From assembly GCA_020849895.1 (NCBI GenBank), contig JADZFN010000052.1:5797-69796 (forward strand): a DNA stretch of 64,000 nt, written 5' to 3'. Below are positions 63,696 through 64,000 of this stretch, one piece after another (position 1 is the first letter of the stretch; every line of letters starts with the position of its first letter). Source of the DNA: Verrucomicrobiia bacterium (lineage in GTDB: Bacteria > Verrucomicrobiota > Verrucomicrobiia > JABWAM01). The translations under genes and the position numbers were made by a program. The notes beneath the pieces were generated by a model that was not told the origin of the DNA, did not search any database, and worked only from the letters and a program-made list of their open reading frames with translations.

Positions 63696-64000
63696 GAAAT
63701 TTGCGCAAAAACTATGATGCAGCCTGACGCGATGTCAAATGCGGCGCCCGACGAGCCGCGATTGTTTTGACTTGGCGGCGGCGGGGGACTTTGCTTCCGC
63801 CAGCCGGCGACCCTGCCGAAGCCTCTCTCGTGAGAAAACCTAACGCCCAGCGGCGCACGCTGCAGGCGCTCCAACTCCAATGGGGCTGGATCACACCGGG
63901 GACCTGCGCCTCGCACCGCGGCGGGCAGTGGGAAGCCCACCGCGATTTCCTCGCGCGCCCGACTCGTCCGGAAAGCCGCCATCTCCTGTTGGTCCACTGC
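63692..64000 (-). CDS. hypothetical protein, 5' end beyond window (partial)
   Basis: Open frame runs off the window end. Its 3' end overlaps the kamA start by 4 nt. No motifs recognised and it could be a GC-frame artefact. Confidence 0.2.
   Translation of the reverse strand, partial: AVDQQEMAAFRTSRAREEIAVGFPLPAAVRGAGPRCDPAPLELERLQRAPLGVRFSHERGFGRVAGWRKQSPPPPPSQNNRGSSGAAFDIASGCIIVFAQIS

Noticed and set aside
63692-63997. The terminal partial ORF as an EpmA/GNAT partner of the aminomutase
   Set aside because: Translation (Pro/Arg/Gly-rich) shows no class-II aaRS-like or GNAT motifs. Possibly not a real gene.

Overview
High-GC (~65%) bacterial chromosomal segment, dense with housekeeping genes and showing no mobile elements, CRISPR arrays or restriction-modification genes. 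Gene content points to a Gram-negative organism of the PVC/FCB type; my guess of Verrucomicrobia/Opitutae is inference only (LpxC-FabZ fusion protein, LPS genes, sparse Shine-Dalgarno usage). Main blocks in order: (1) cell envelope and LPS genes (amidase, cysE, PagL-like lipid A deacylase, GT9 heptosyltransferase, lpxC/fabZ fusion, lpxA, DUF374 acyltransferase). (2) A nine-gene operon plus a possible upstream 24-codon leader ORF on the minus strand encoding a group-3 [NiFe] hydrogenase (small and large subunits) fused to a HydABC/Bfu-type NADH module. The module comprises a NuoE-like subunit, a NuoF-like subunit carrying N-terminal thioredoxin-like and C-terminal 2x[4Fe-4S] ferredoxin domains, and a long NuoG-like subunit. 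It also encodes a histidine-kinase-like ATPase, a cysteine-free thioredoxin-like ferredoxin paralog, a DRTGG protein and a CBS-HATPase regulator. This most resembles the recently described electron-bifurcating NiFe-HydABCSL type, and I consider it the most interesting system in the window. A hydrogenase maturation endopeptidase (HoxW-like) and a His-tailed SlyD sit elsewhere in the window. (3) purS-purQ coupled to a CheY-like receiver, dnaK, groES-groEL, lpd, glgC, infB-nusA, leuA-bioF, folB, sod, two tRNAs (Leu-UAA, Val-CAC), a TolC-HlyD-ABC export operon next to a LysR regulator, the gap-pgk-tpiA-secG cluster, ftsH and a KamA-like radical-SAM aminomutase. Regulatory candidates visible in the sequence: a Leu-rich leader peptide with terminator/antiterminator upstream of leuA; an intrinsic terminator directly in front of nusA; competing sigma54-like and sigma70-like promoter readings plus an SD-sequestering hairpin upstream of dnaK; and several long palindromes. 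Many long antisense ORFs in the six-frame track are GC-driven artefacts. Coordinates of starts are my best reading and may be off by a few codons.
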